From Clostridia bacterium (lineage in GTDB: Bacteria; Bacillota; Clostridia; CAKSNL01; HGM11501): a stretch of DNA of 64,000 nt. Both the position numbers and the translations under genes were made by a program. This document shows positions 41,575-50,084 of the stretch, one piece after another. A model generated the notes under the pieces. It searched no databases and was not told where the DNA came from. It was given only the letters and a program-made list of their open reading frames with translations. Positions within the stretch are counted from its first letter, which is position 1. Each line of letters starts with the position of its first letter. Location of the stretch: NCBI GenBank assembly GCA_045545475.1, contig JAZQAZ010000030.1, positions 32,001 to 96,000 of the forward strand, written 5' to 3'.

Positions 41575-41601
41575 AAAAAGCCATCCACAGGATGGCTTTT
41601 T
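41575..41601. terminator. Bidirectional intrinsic terminator
   Basis: AAAAAGCCATCC-aca-GGATGGCTTTTT. Confidence 0.85.
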
Positions 41602-41605
41602 TGTT

Positions 41606-42118
41606 TTATAATAGATTTATTATTCTTAATCCCTTCTTTACAGCATAGTTATAGGCAAGCTTTGTTCCGCTTTCAGGTTGATAATCAAACAAATCCCGAC
41701 GACTGTTCTTCCGTCTTTGCGGAATATAGTTTTCATCATAGTAAATAATGCAATAGTTGCTTTTATCAATCATTTCATAATTACGCTCAACATAACTCGC
41801 TCTGCCTGCGTTAATCATCCTCTCCGGATAATATGTATAGTCATAGCTTTCCAAAAGATAAGCTGTATAATCTTCGTCAATATAAGGAAACTCAGCCCTC
41901 ACATAGATTCTACTTATGTGAGGGTATTTCTTTTTAAGCTCCGTAACAACATTCACACAAAGCGTGTCAAATCGACTCTTACTACCGAATAAAAAGGTAT
42001 CAACATTTTTATCTGTAATTAAATCTTCAACAGCTTCTTTTATGCGATTCACCAATTCATCAGAAATCTCTATCCTTCTATGTCCGAAGAAACAGCAGGT
42101 GTGTTCTTTTGTTTTCAT
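41606..42118 (-). CDS. SLOG-superfamily (DUF1273/YspA-like) protein
   Basis: TCCFFGHR, FLFG-x-x-S-x-FD, RNYEMID-x-S and SGTKLAY-x-YA motifs. Confidence 0.75.
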   Translation of the reverse strand: MKTKEHTCCFFGHRRIEISDELVNRIKEAVEDLITDKNVDTFLFGSKSRFDTLCVNVVTELKKKYPHISRIYVRAEFPYIDEDYTAYLLESYDYTYYPERMINAGRASYVERNYEMIDKSNYCIIYYDENYIPQRRKNSRRDLFDYQPESGTKLAYNYAVKKGLRIINLL

Positions 42119-42235
42119 AATTATCCCCCACACAATTATTGACCAATATCACGGACAATATTTTCTCTGATTATATCATACACTATAAATAGTTGCAACC
42201 AATATTGGTCAATTATTTATTGTGGGGTGTAATCT

Positions 42236-42484
42236 ATGGAACAGAAAATAAGGCGTGATCGCAATATGGGAGATAATTTAAGAAAGCTCAGACTTGATCA
42301 CGATATATCACAGGAAAAGCTTTGTGCCGAGCTTCAGCGTCGTGGATGTGATATTGGTCGCAGCACGTATGCGAAATACGAAGCCGGTGAACTTAATATC
42401 AGAGCAAGCGTTATTATTGAATTAAAGAAAGTTTACAAATGCACATATGATGACTTTTTCGAAGGTCTTGATGTTAACGTCTGA
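42236..42484 (+). CDS. XRE-family helix-turn-helix regulator
   Basis: GDNLRKLR...SQEKL...RSTYAKYEAG. Confidence 0.85.
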   Translation: MEQKIRRDRNMGDNLRKLRLDHDISQEKLCAELQRRGCDIGRSTYAKYEAGELNIRASVIIELKKVYKCTYDDFFEGLDVNV

Positions 42485-42593
42485 CAAAACACGGAGCTAC
42501 CGATTGGAAGCTCCGTGTTTTTTTGTTTTATCGGTTGTATTTTTCATTTAATTATGATATACTTAAATTTATAAAATTAGCGGGAGGGTTTAT

Positions 42594-43724
42594 ATGAAAT
42601 TACTTGATTTTAACGCTCTTTCAGAGAATATAGAGAAAATTGCAGATTATGACCTTGAAAATAACAATGTTTTCGGTTCATCCTATTTTGTATATCAGAA
42701 AGGAAACCTTACATACAAAAAGCATTTCGGCTACACGGGATTAAACAAAGAGCAGGAAGTTGATGACCGTACCATTTTCCGCCTTGCATCAATGACAAAG
42801 CCCATAACCGCCTTTGCAATGATGGTTTTAATTGACAAAGGCTTAGTCTCCCTTGACACAAAGGCGAAGGATTTTGTTCCCGGGCTTTCAAAAATCCACG
42901 TAATAACCCCCGAAGGCGAAGACCTTGGCGAAGTTGTAAGCGATGTAACCATAAAGCACCTTCTTACCCATACATCCGGAATCGTAAGCCTTAAACCCCT
43001 TTCGCTTTCAGATGAGGAGAAAGCATCGCTTAAGGCTTCCGTCAATGGCTTTTTAAAAAACGGACTTGATTTTGAGCCCTTTACCAGGGCTGCCTATTCC
43101 GGAATTGCCGCCTTTAACATTGCATCTGTCATAATTGAAACGGTGTCCGGTATGAGCTATCCCGATTTTATCAAAAAGGAAATCTTTGAACCTCTCGGAA
43201 TGGTTGACACCGCCTTTATCCCCACATCGGAACAGGAAAGCCGTATAATTACAATGCATGTTAAAATTGAAGAGAAAAATGCTGTCGGCAAAACTTACCC
43301 GGGATGCATTTTCGGAGACTTCCCCTGGACACATCCTCTTGGCGGGGCGGGACTTTTCTCATCCCTGCACGACTATTCAGCCTTTGCAAAAATGCTTTTG
43401 GCAGAAGGTGAGACAGAAGACGGAAAGGCCCTTGTTTCAAAAGAAACCTTACGCCTTATGAAAACGCCGTTAGTTCCTCAGGATGTTATGCCTCAGAACG
43501 TATACAGCTGGGGACTTGGCGTTCGTGTAATTACAAATCCTGATTACCAGATTCTTCCCGTGGGTACTTTCGGATGGTCGGGTGCATACGGCCCCCACTT
43601 TTGGATTGATCCCGAAAACGAAGTATGCGCCGTATTTATGAAAAACTCCCAGTTTGACGGCGGAGCGGGCAATAAATCGGCTGTCAGATTTGAACAGGCA
43701 GTATTTGATTCATTTAAGGAGTAA
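42594..43724 (+). CDS. Serine hydrolase, beta-lactamase-related family
   Basis: FRLASMTK (SxxK), LLTHTSG, GGAGLFS and FGWSGAYG. Confidence 0.9.
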   Translation: MKLLDFNALSENIEKIADYDLENNNVFGSSYFVYQKGNLTYKKHFGYTGLNKEQEVDDRTIFRLASMTKPITAFAMMVLIDKGLVSLDTKAKDFVPGLSKIHVITPEGEDLGEVVSDVTIKHLLTHTSGIVSLKPLSLSDEEKASLKASVNGFLKNGLDFEPFTRAAYSGIAAFNIASVIIETVSGMSYPDFIKKEIFEPLGMVDTAFIPTSEQESRIITMHVKIEEKNAVGKTYPGCIFGDFPWTHPLGGAGLFSSLHDYSAFAKMLLAEGETEDGKALVSKETLRLMKTPLVPQDVMPQNVYSWGLGVRVITNPDYQILPVGTFGWSGAYGPHFWIDPENEVCAVFMKNSQFDGGAGNKSAVRFEQAVFDSFKE

Positions 43725-43726
43725 TT

Positions 43727-45280
43727 ATGAGTATATTAAACGCAGAAAACATAAGCCACAGCTTTGGCGGAAGGCAGATTTTGGAGGATGCCAGCTTCCG
43801 TCTGCTTAAGGGCGAACACATCGGACTAATCGGTGCCAACGGCGAAGGAAAGTCCACCTTTCTTAAAATAATAACAGGCGAACTTACCCCAGAAGAGGGA
43901 AAGGTTGAGTGGTGCCGTCACATAACCTACGGATATTTAGACCAGTATTCCACCCTGGAGAAGGGCAAAACCATTATGGACATTTTAAGGGGTGCCTTTT
44001 CCCACCTTTCCGACCTTGAAGCTGAAATGATTGCCATATATGACAAAATGGCGGACGTAGCAGACGATGAAATGGCAAATCTTATGGAGGAGGTCGGCAC
44101 AATTCAGGAAATCCTGGACTCCTCCGGCTATTACACCATTGACACAAAAATCGTCGAGTACGCCAACGGCCTCGGCTTGTCGGAAATAGGCCTCGACAAG
44201 GATGTAACGGAGCTTTCCGGCGGTCAGCGTGCAAAGGTTTTGCTTGCCAAGGTGCTTCTTGAAAACCCCATGATTTTAATTTTGGACGAGCCCACAAACT
44301 TCCTTGACGAAAACCATATCCATTGGCTTACGGACTTTTTGCAGAACTATGAAAACGCATTTATATTAGTGTCCCACGATATGCCCTTCCTGACCAAAGT
44401 TACAAACGTAATCTATCACCTTGAAAACACGGTTTTGACAAGATACAAAGGTACATACGATGACTTTTTAAGAATGTACGACTTGAAGAAGCAGCAGGTT
44501 GAGCAGGCATTTAAGAAACAGCAGAAGAAAATTGCCGACCTTGAGGACTTTGTTGCAAGAAACAAGGCACGAGCCGCAACCGCAACATTGGCTCGTTCAA
44601 GGCAGAGAGAGCTTGACAAGATGGAGAAAATTACCATCGCTCCCGAAAAGATACGCCCCACCTTCTCCTTTAAGTCAGACCGTACACCCGGCAAGGTGGT
44701 AATTTCCGCTAAAAACCTTGTCATAGGCTATGACTCTCCCCTTTCCAAAAAGATTGACATTGAGATTGAGCGAAACAAAAAAATCGCCATAAAAGGCGTT
44801 AACGGTCTGGGAAAATCCACACTTTTAAAAACATTGCTTAAGCTTATCCCTCCCATCGAGGGTGATATTCAGCACGACCAGTTTATAAACGTGGGCTATT
44901 TTGAGCAGGAGGAAATTGCCTCCGACAAAACTGCCCTTGCCGAATTCTGGGACACCTTCCCCTCCCTTACCAACGCCGAAGCGAGAGCCGCCCTTGCAAA
45001 GTGCGGTCTTACCACCGACCATATCACAAGTCAGATGAAGGTATTGTCGGGCGGTGAAAACGCCAAGGTACGCCTTTGTAAAATTATGCAGAGCCCTGCA
45101 AATATTTTAGTTTTGGACGAGCCGACAAACCATCTTGACATTATGGCAAAGGAAGAGCTTGCCAAGGCTATAAAGGAATTTAAGGGAACAGTTTTACTTG
45201 TGTGCCACGAAGCGGAATTTTACGAGGATATTGTGGACGAGGTATGGGACGTTTCCTCCTGGAGCACAAAGATAGTTTAA
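43727..45280 (+). CDS. ABC-F family ATP-binding protein
   Basis: Two NBDs (GANGEGKST, LSGGQ, LDEPTN; GVNGLGKST, LSGGE, LDEPTNHLD) and no TM segments. Confidence 0.93.
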   Translation: MSILNAENISHSFGGRQILEDASFRLLKGEHIGLIGANGEGKSTFLKIITGELTPEEGKVEWCRHITYGYLDQYSTLEKGKTIMDILRGAFSHLSDLEAEMIAIYDKMADVADDEMANLMEEVGTIQEILDSSGYYTIDTKIVEYANGLGLSEIGLDKDVTELSGGQRAKVLLAKVLLENPMILILDEPTNFLDENHIHWLTDFLQNYENAFILVSHDMPFLTKVTNVIYHLENTVLTRYKGTYDDFLRMYDLKKQQVEQAFKKQQKKIADLEDFVARNKARAATATLARSRQRELDKMEKITIAPEKIRPTFSFKSDRTPGKVVISAKNLVIGYDSPLSKKIDIEIERNKKIAIKGVNGLGKSTLLKTLLKLIPPIEGDIQHDQFINVGYFEQEEIASDKTALAEFWDTFPSLTNAEARAALAKCGLTTDHITSQMKVLSGGENAKVRLCKIMQSPANILVLDEPTNHLDIMAKEELAKAIKEFKGTVLLVCHEAEFYEDIVDEVWDVSSWSTKIV

Positions 45281-45286
45281 GAATAC

Positions 45287-45318
45287 TAGTAAAAGAGCAG
45301 TTGTATGCTCTTTTACTA
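45287..45318 (+). terminator. Intrinsic terminator after the ABC-F gene
   Basis: TAGTAAAAGAGCA-gttgta-TGCTCTTTTACTA. Confidence 0.7.
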
Positions 45319-45333
45319 TAAACAACATTTAAC

Positions 45334-45362
45334 TTGACAAGTTTAGATTTTTATGGTATAAT
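45334..45362 (+). promoter_or_regulatory. Perfect-consensus sigmaA promoter upstream of the cassette array
   Basis: TTGACA-17 bp-TATAAT with extended -10 TG. Confidence 0.85.
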
Positions 45363-45514
45363 TTATTATACGCAGGCGGGCTTTACCGTACTGCGGATTT
45401 TTGCCGCCATATTTTAGCCCTATAAGTTAACAAAGGATGTGATGCCTATGATTGTACTATGACCGCACAGGAAAATTAATAAAATCAAATTAATATAAAG
45501 GAGGACTAAACAAT

Positions 45515-46612
45515 ATGTTTAACAACAAATATTTTAACGATTATAATTCAATGGACGATGAGGAAAAAACCGCCATACGTTATGGTGCTGAAGGAAGAGA
45601 CCTAAGCGATGTTATACGCTCGAGTCATAAAAAAATCAGCGACCCCAATAAAGTTTTCGATGCGTGGGTTAAGGGTGAGGGCATGCGTAAAACGGGAGAA
45701 TCAAAAGCCTTTCTCGACGAAATTGAAAAGTCGGAAATGGATGAACTTGAAAAATCATTATCAAAGCGGGATAAAACTGATGCAAACGGAATTTCTGCCT
45801 CTCCTATCAAAGATATATGGGGAAATGATTTAGCAAATGACACCTATGAAAAGGCAGAAAATACTGAAGATAATGCTTCAATAGAAAAAATGCCTTTTAT
45901 AACCGATTTTGATAGCACCGCAAAAGCACAAGCCTTGCCTCATATAAACAATTTATTGCCAAAGGACAAGGACTATGATATAATGTATCTAAGCGATGAT
46001 GCGGATTCGGCAGGCACTACTTCTTCCGGTCAGACAAATCAAAATGCATCGGAATCCGAAAGTAGTACCACTTTCGTTACCTATGGGTATTCCGACGAAA
46101 ATGTTGTAGGCGGAATTCAATTAAGACTTAATGAACTCGGCTACACAGATGTTGACATCACAGGAACCTTTGACGCAAGTACCGAAGCTGCTATAAAGGA
46201 GTTTCAGGAAGAGCGAGAGCTTCCGGTAACAGGTGTTCTTGACGATGCGACCAAAGCCGAGATGGGCTTTTCCGACGATTATTCCGTTTCCAGAAAAGGT
46301 GAAAACGCAACACCCTGGCACGCGCCATATTCTCCGCCCTTTAATATGGAGGACTATAAGCGAGAACAGGAAAGGCTAAAGAGAGAAAAAGAAGAAGCCT
46401 TAAAAGCAAAAGAAGATGAGGAAAATCTGCCTTTTTATAAGAAGTTAATCCTACCTATCCTTTTGAGGGAAACATATGAGGGTACTGCCCCTACAGCATC
46501 AGATCTGACGGAAGAAAATAAATTGCCGGAAAATTCCAACGAAGGAGTTTTGCAAGACGGAAATGTTATCGACGGAGCCAACTATCCTTATCCTGTTGAC
46601 GGATATAATTAA
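45515..46612 (+). CDS. Acidic protein with a peptidoglycan-binding (PG_binding_1-like) domain and a variable C-terminal tip; candidate polymorphic effector
   Basis: V-x-x-IQLRLNELGY...ITGTFDASTEAAIKEFQ...LPVTGVLDDAT at about 46073-46264. The 3' end is repeated downstream. RBS AAAGGAGG; no evident signal peptide. Confidence 0.75.
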   Translation: MFNNKYFNDYNSMDDEEKTAIRYGAEGRDLSDVIRSSHKKISDPNKVFDAWVKGEGMRKTGESKAFLDEIEKSEMDELEKSLSKRDKTDANGISASPIKDIWGNDLANDTYEKAENTEDNASIEKMPFITDFDSTAKAQALPHINNLLPKDKDYDIMYLSDDADSAGTTSSGQTNQNASESESSTTFVTYGYSDENVVGGIQLRLNELGYTDVDITGTFDASTEAAIKEFQEERELPVTGVLDDATKAEMGFSDDYSVSRKGENATPWHAPYSPPFNMEDYKREQERLKREKEEALKAKEDEENLPFYKKLILPILLRETYEGTAPTASDLTEENKLPENSNEGVLQDGNVIDGANYPYPVDGYN

Positions 46613-46628
46613 TAAGGAGGAGTTATAA

Positions 46629-47573
46629 TTGAAAATGAAAAAGCTTGTTATTTGGAGATTTATACTGCCACTTATATTCGCCGCTATTGCAACTATTTTG
46701 GCGTACGGGATAGTCTGCTTTGACCAAAGATGGTCAAACGGCAAAAATGATATTTACAAGTTGTCGCTTTTCATAGCCATAGCCATAATTTCGGTTATAT
46801 ATTTTTTCGTGGGGAAAAAATATAATGATGTAAATGTAAAAAAGCTTTTTCTTATTTTTTCAATTTGGACTGCAGTAATATCTTCAGTTTCTTTCCTTAC
46901 TAAAAATTCTACGATACTTCTTTTAAGCGGAATACACTATTATTATTTCGGAGCCATTTTAGAAATATTCCCTGCGTCAACTCCCATTATCATTCTTATA
47001 TCGGGTTTTATTTCAGAAATGCTTGTTCTTACAACCGGCATCGTTTACGGAAGATTATCCAAGCCCGAGAAGAAATACACTTTCACATTCTATAAAATAT
47101 CTTCTCTGCTATTGTGGATTCTCTCTATGCTCTTTTTCTACTCAATAACTCTTATTTTCTTAAAAATCCCCTATACAGTACTTAAACAAAACATCGCACT
47201 TGAATCAGGACGTATAATTTCAGGCACTCTTTGTTGCCTTTGGTACTTTTTTGCCGGAATAAAAACCTCAAAGGGCAATTTATTGAAAACCCTTTCAGCC
47301 ATTTCTCTATGGAACGTACTTGCTGTAATATTAAGATTTGTAACCACCTCCTTTATCCCCCTTTATCTCAGCGGAGGCTATATATCCCTTTTGAGTGCAG
47401 TCTCTGTTTTTACCAACTCAAAAGCTATAATTTATTTATCAGCTTTTGCAGTAGAACTCGCCTTAATTTCATCAGGTGTACTTTTTGGACGGCATCTTGA
47501 TAAAAAGAAAGCACCGTCCTTCAAAAATGATGAAGAAAAATGGATGCTTACAAGAGAGCACAGGAAAGGCTAA
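46629..47573 (+). CDS. Multipass membrane protein, two-module member of the array family (candidate immunity or partner)
   Basis: About 8 hydrophobic segments; two copies of the YFFxG...W...SG...E-x6-G-x3-GR module. RBS AGGAGG. Confidence 0.75.
   Translation: MKMKKLVIWRFILPLIFAAIATILAYGIVCFDQRWSNGKNDIYKLSLFIAIAIISVIYFFVGKKYNDVNVKKLFLIFSIWTAVISSVSFLTKNSTILLLSGIHYYYFGAILEIFPASTPIIILISGFISEMLVLTTGIVYGRLSKPEKKYTFTFYKISSLLLWILSMLFFYSITLIFLKIPYTVLKQNIALESGRIISGTLCCLWYFFAGIKTSKGNLLKTLSAISLWNVLAVILRFVTTSFIPLYLSGGYISLLSAVSVFTNSKAIIYLSAFAVELALISSGVLFGRHLDKKKAPSFKNDEEKWMLTREHRKG
47122..47510 (+). repeat. 389-bp direct repeat, copy 1 (copy 2 at 50581-50969)
   Basis: Colinear, about 16 mismatches by manual count. 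Confidence 0.92.
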
Positions 47574-47797
47574 AGCGAGAAAAAGAAGAAGCCTTAAAAG
47601 CAAAAGAAGAGGAAGAAAATCTGCCCTTATATAAGAAGTTACTCCTCCCTTTTCTTTCGAGGATAATATACGAGGGTACTGCTCCCACAGCATCAGATCT
47701 GACGGAAGACAATAAGTTGCCCGAAAATCCCAACGAAGGAGTTTTGCAAGACGGCAATGTTATCGACGGAGCAAACTATCCTTATCCTGTTAACTGA
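47540..47797 (+). pseudogene. Orphan C-terminal cassette 1 (variant copy of 46346-46597)
   Basis: Colinear 252-bp homology to the 3' end of 45515..46612 with clustered substitutions. A TGA replaces the GGA codon near the end. Confidence 0.8.
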
Positions 47798-47828
47798 CAT
47801 AATCAATAATAAGGAGATGTAATCAAAA

Positions 47829-48719
47829 ATGAAAAAGCTTGTTATTATACGCCTTGCTTCATTTGTTGCCTGGTTTCTTGGAACAGAAATCACTGCAATC
47901 GCTTTACTATTATGCAGAATTAATCCGGATGACATAATGAATAATTGGTGGAATTTAAATTTTTGTTATGCATCCGGAATGATAGCATTATACCTTTTTT
48001 ATTTCTTTGCAGGAAAATTTTTTCACGATATCAGCATAAGAAAGCTAATTCCAATATTTTTCATTTGGACGCTGCTTTCCATTTTGTCTGATGCTTTTTT
48101 AGCAAAGTATCTTATTTTTTCAAGCGGTTCATTTATTTTGTTCTCAGCAGATGTCTTAACAATGGGCTTTACCGATAACCGCTATCTCGCATACCCGATA
48201 GGCTTTTTCATTGAAATTTTCGTCCTTGTTACGGGGATTTTGCTTGGCAGAATAACATCCGGAAAAATCTCCGGAGGAAACTTTGTCTATCCGGCAAAAT
48301 TCTTTGCTGTAATTATAGCCACTATGACGGCGCGTTTTGTCAGACACATAGTTGTTGCCGTGTCTGACAATCCGGATATTAATTATCTTAAAGATGCAGC
48401 ACTTGATTTAGGCTGGGTTATTTCGCTTCTCGCAGTTGCCGTATGGTATTTTTATATCGGATATAAATGCCATAATACAAACTTAAAAATTGTTATTCCG
48501 ATTTACTTTATATGGAATGCAATCGGCGTGGCATTATGGCGTATTTCAGGAAACTGGAATGCAGTTATGCTATGCGGAGGATACACAGGCTTTTTTAACG
48601 GAATAAGAGTTTGCACTCCCGATAGATTTCTTTGGCTTGTATGTATCGGAGCTTTTTTACTTGAAGCAACTTTCCTGACGGCAGGCGTGATTTTAAGGCG
48701 GTACAAAAGAAAAAATTAG
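47829..48719 (+). CDS. Multipass membrane protein, two-module member of the array family
   Basis: Starts MKKLVIIR; FYFFAGK...IFFIW...EIFVLVTGILLGR and WYFYIGYK...CGGY...EATFLTAGVILRR. Confidence 0.75.
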   Translation: MKKLVIIRLASFVAWFLGTEITAIALLLCRINPDDIMNNWWNLNFCYASGMIALYLFYFFAGKFFHDISIRKLIPIFFIWTLLSILSDAFLAKYLIFSSGSFILFSADVLTMGFTDNRYLAYPIGFFIEIFVLVTGILLGRITSGKISGGNFVYPAKFFAVIIATMTARFVRHIVVAVSDNPDINYLKDAALDLGWVISLLAVAVWYFYIGYKCHNTNLKIVIPIYFIWNAIGVALWRISGNWNAVMLCGGYTGFFNGIRVCTPDRFLWLVCIGAFLLEATFLTAGVILRRYKRKN

Positions 48720-48740
48720 TATATATGGCGTGGAAATTCT

Positions 48741-49181
48741 ATGTTAAAAATACTTTCTTTACATTTAGGACTCGGAATAATATCGTTAGCCGTAAATTAT
48801 CTTTTAGTACCAAATCCCACAAGATGGGTGCTTTGCGTCATATTCAGCATTTTATATTTTATTGCGGGAGTTTTCAGTACTAAAAAAACAGTCCTTGCAG
48901 CTGCACCGATTACATCCCTTCTTCCCTTTTTATCAAGATTAATACAGATTATTCTCGGCAGCACTATGTTCTCACATAAAATCATATCCGACCTTACCGT
49001 TATCCCCTACGGCGGAGCCTATGCTTTTACTTTAGCAACAGTTGACCTACTTTATACAGGTCACGCTTTTTGGGCGTGGTTCATCAGAATTTTGGGTTAT
49101 TTATCCCCCGGCATTTTAATTTTAGTCGGTTACTTGTTAAAAAAGCTTCTCGCAACAAAAAGTGAAACTTCTGCTATGTAA
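48741..49181 (+). CDS. Multipass membrane protein, divergent single-module member
   Basis: About 4 TM segments; LYFIAG, YGGAY and ILVGYLLKK resemble the module. Confidence 0.6.
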   Translation: MLKILSLHLGLGIISLAVNYLLVPNPTRWVLCVIFSILYFIAGVFSTKKTVLAAAPITSLLPFLSRLIQIILGSTMFSHKIISDLTVIPYGGAYAFTLATVDLLYTGHAFWAWFIRILGYLSPGILILVGYLLKKLLATKSETSAM

Positions 49182-49203
49182 AGAAAATCCAATAATACTC
49201 TTG

Positions 49204-49576
49204 GCTTCCGGTAACAGGTGTTCTTGACGATGCGACCAAAGCCGAGATGGGCTTTTCCGACGATTATTCCGTTTCCAGAAAAGGCGAAAACGCAACCCCG
49301 TGGCACGTTCCCGAATCACCGCCTTTTAACATGGAAGCATACAAGAGAAAACAAGAAGGACTAAAGCGCGAGCAGGAAGTAGCGAAAGCTGCAAAAGAAG
49401 AGGAAGAAAACTTTTCCCTTTGGGCATGGTTACTAAATTTACCCTTATCCGTATTATCACTTATACTTGGCGAAGATGCCGTCAGCGGTATGAACCCCGG
49501 AACAGAGGTGGCAGAAGATCCTTTACAAGAAGAGGATTTATGGAAAAACGGTACTATGAATGATTATAATAATTAG
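49204..49576 (+). pseudogene. Orphan C-terminal cassette 2 with an alternative tip
   Basis: 49204-49284 is identical to 46219-46299 and colinear homology runs to 49411, then an unrelated tip follows. In-frame stop just upstream (49193) and no RBS. Confidence 0.85.
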
Positions 49577-49600
49577 TATTAATTAAAAAGAGGGATAGAT

Positions 49601-50023
49601 GTGAAAAAGCTTATTATATGGAGATTACTGATACTTCCAATCGGTTTCGCAGTAGAATGTGCGGCAGCGACCTTTGCCGTATATATTTTAAAAATAACTT
49701 CAAAAACAGGGCTTATTGTAGGTGCTGCAGCAGGAATACTAGCCGCAGCTGTTTTATACTTTCTTGCAGGATTTAAAAATCACAAAGCAAGTATCCCGAA
49801 AATATCCTTGTGGTATTTTTTATGGACTGTTACAGTTCTTGTGTTTGCTTCATTTTTTAATTCTCCCATTTTAGGCCCAGTTGCAGGCGGATATATTTTA
49901 TTTTCTCAAATAAACTATTTTCTGCCGGCAGGTTCGGAAATTTTATCCAGCACTTTAGCTTTCGCATTGGAGATTTCCTTTTTATCTTTCGGGATATTTA
50001 CCGGCAGATATGCAGATAAATAA
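49601..50023 (+). CDS. Multipass membrane protein, single-module member of the array family
   Basis: Starts MKKLIIWR (GTG); LYFLAGFK...YFLW...AGGY...EISFLSFGIFTGR. Confidence 0.75.
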   Translation: MKKLIIWRLLILPIGFAVECAAATFAVYILKITSKTGLIVGAAAGILAAAVLYFLAGFKNHKASIPKISLWYFLWTVTVLVFASFFNSPILGPVAGGYILFSQINYFLPAGSEILSSTLAFALEISFLSFGIFTGRYADK

Positions 50024-50025
50024 CA

Positions 50026-50070
50026 ATAGATAATGCCAACTATCCTTATCCTGTAGATGGATATAACTAA
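50026..50070 (+). pseudogene. Orphan C-terminal remnant 3 (IDNANYPYPVDGYN-stop)
   Basis: Matches the last 14 codons of 45515..46612 (IDGANYPYPVDGYN) plus the downstream TAATAAGGAGGA. Confidence 0.8.
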
Positions 50071-50084
50071 TAAGGAGGATGTAA

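Noticed and set aside
42594-45280. Antibiotic-resistance pair (beta-lactamase plus ARE ABC-F)
   Set aside because: The hydrolase lacks a signal peptide and looks like a generic esterase-type member. The ABC-F cannot be assigned to a resistance subfamily from motifs alone.
41495-45300. Prophage or ICE integrated at tRNA-Arg
   Set aside because: No integrase, and I found no duplicated tRNA 3' end. Genes after 42594 look chromosomal.
47231-47500. Duplicated 89-aa ORFs (also 50690-50959) as separate genes
   Set aside because: They are alternate-frame ORFs inside the membrane genes; the similarity just reflects the 389-bp repeat.
46219-49411. Repeats as a diversity-generating retroelement TR/VR pair
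   Set aside because: There is no reverse transcriptase in the window, and the differences are not restricted to adenines; many are synonymous changes at any base.
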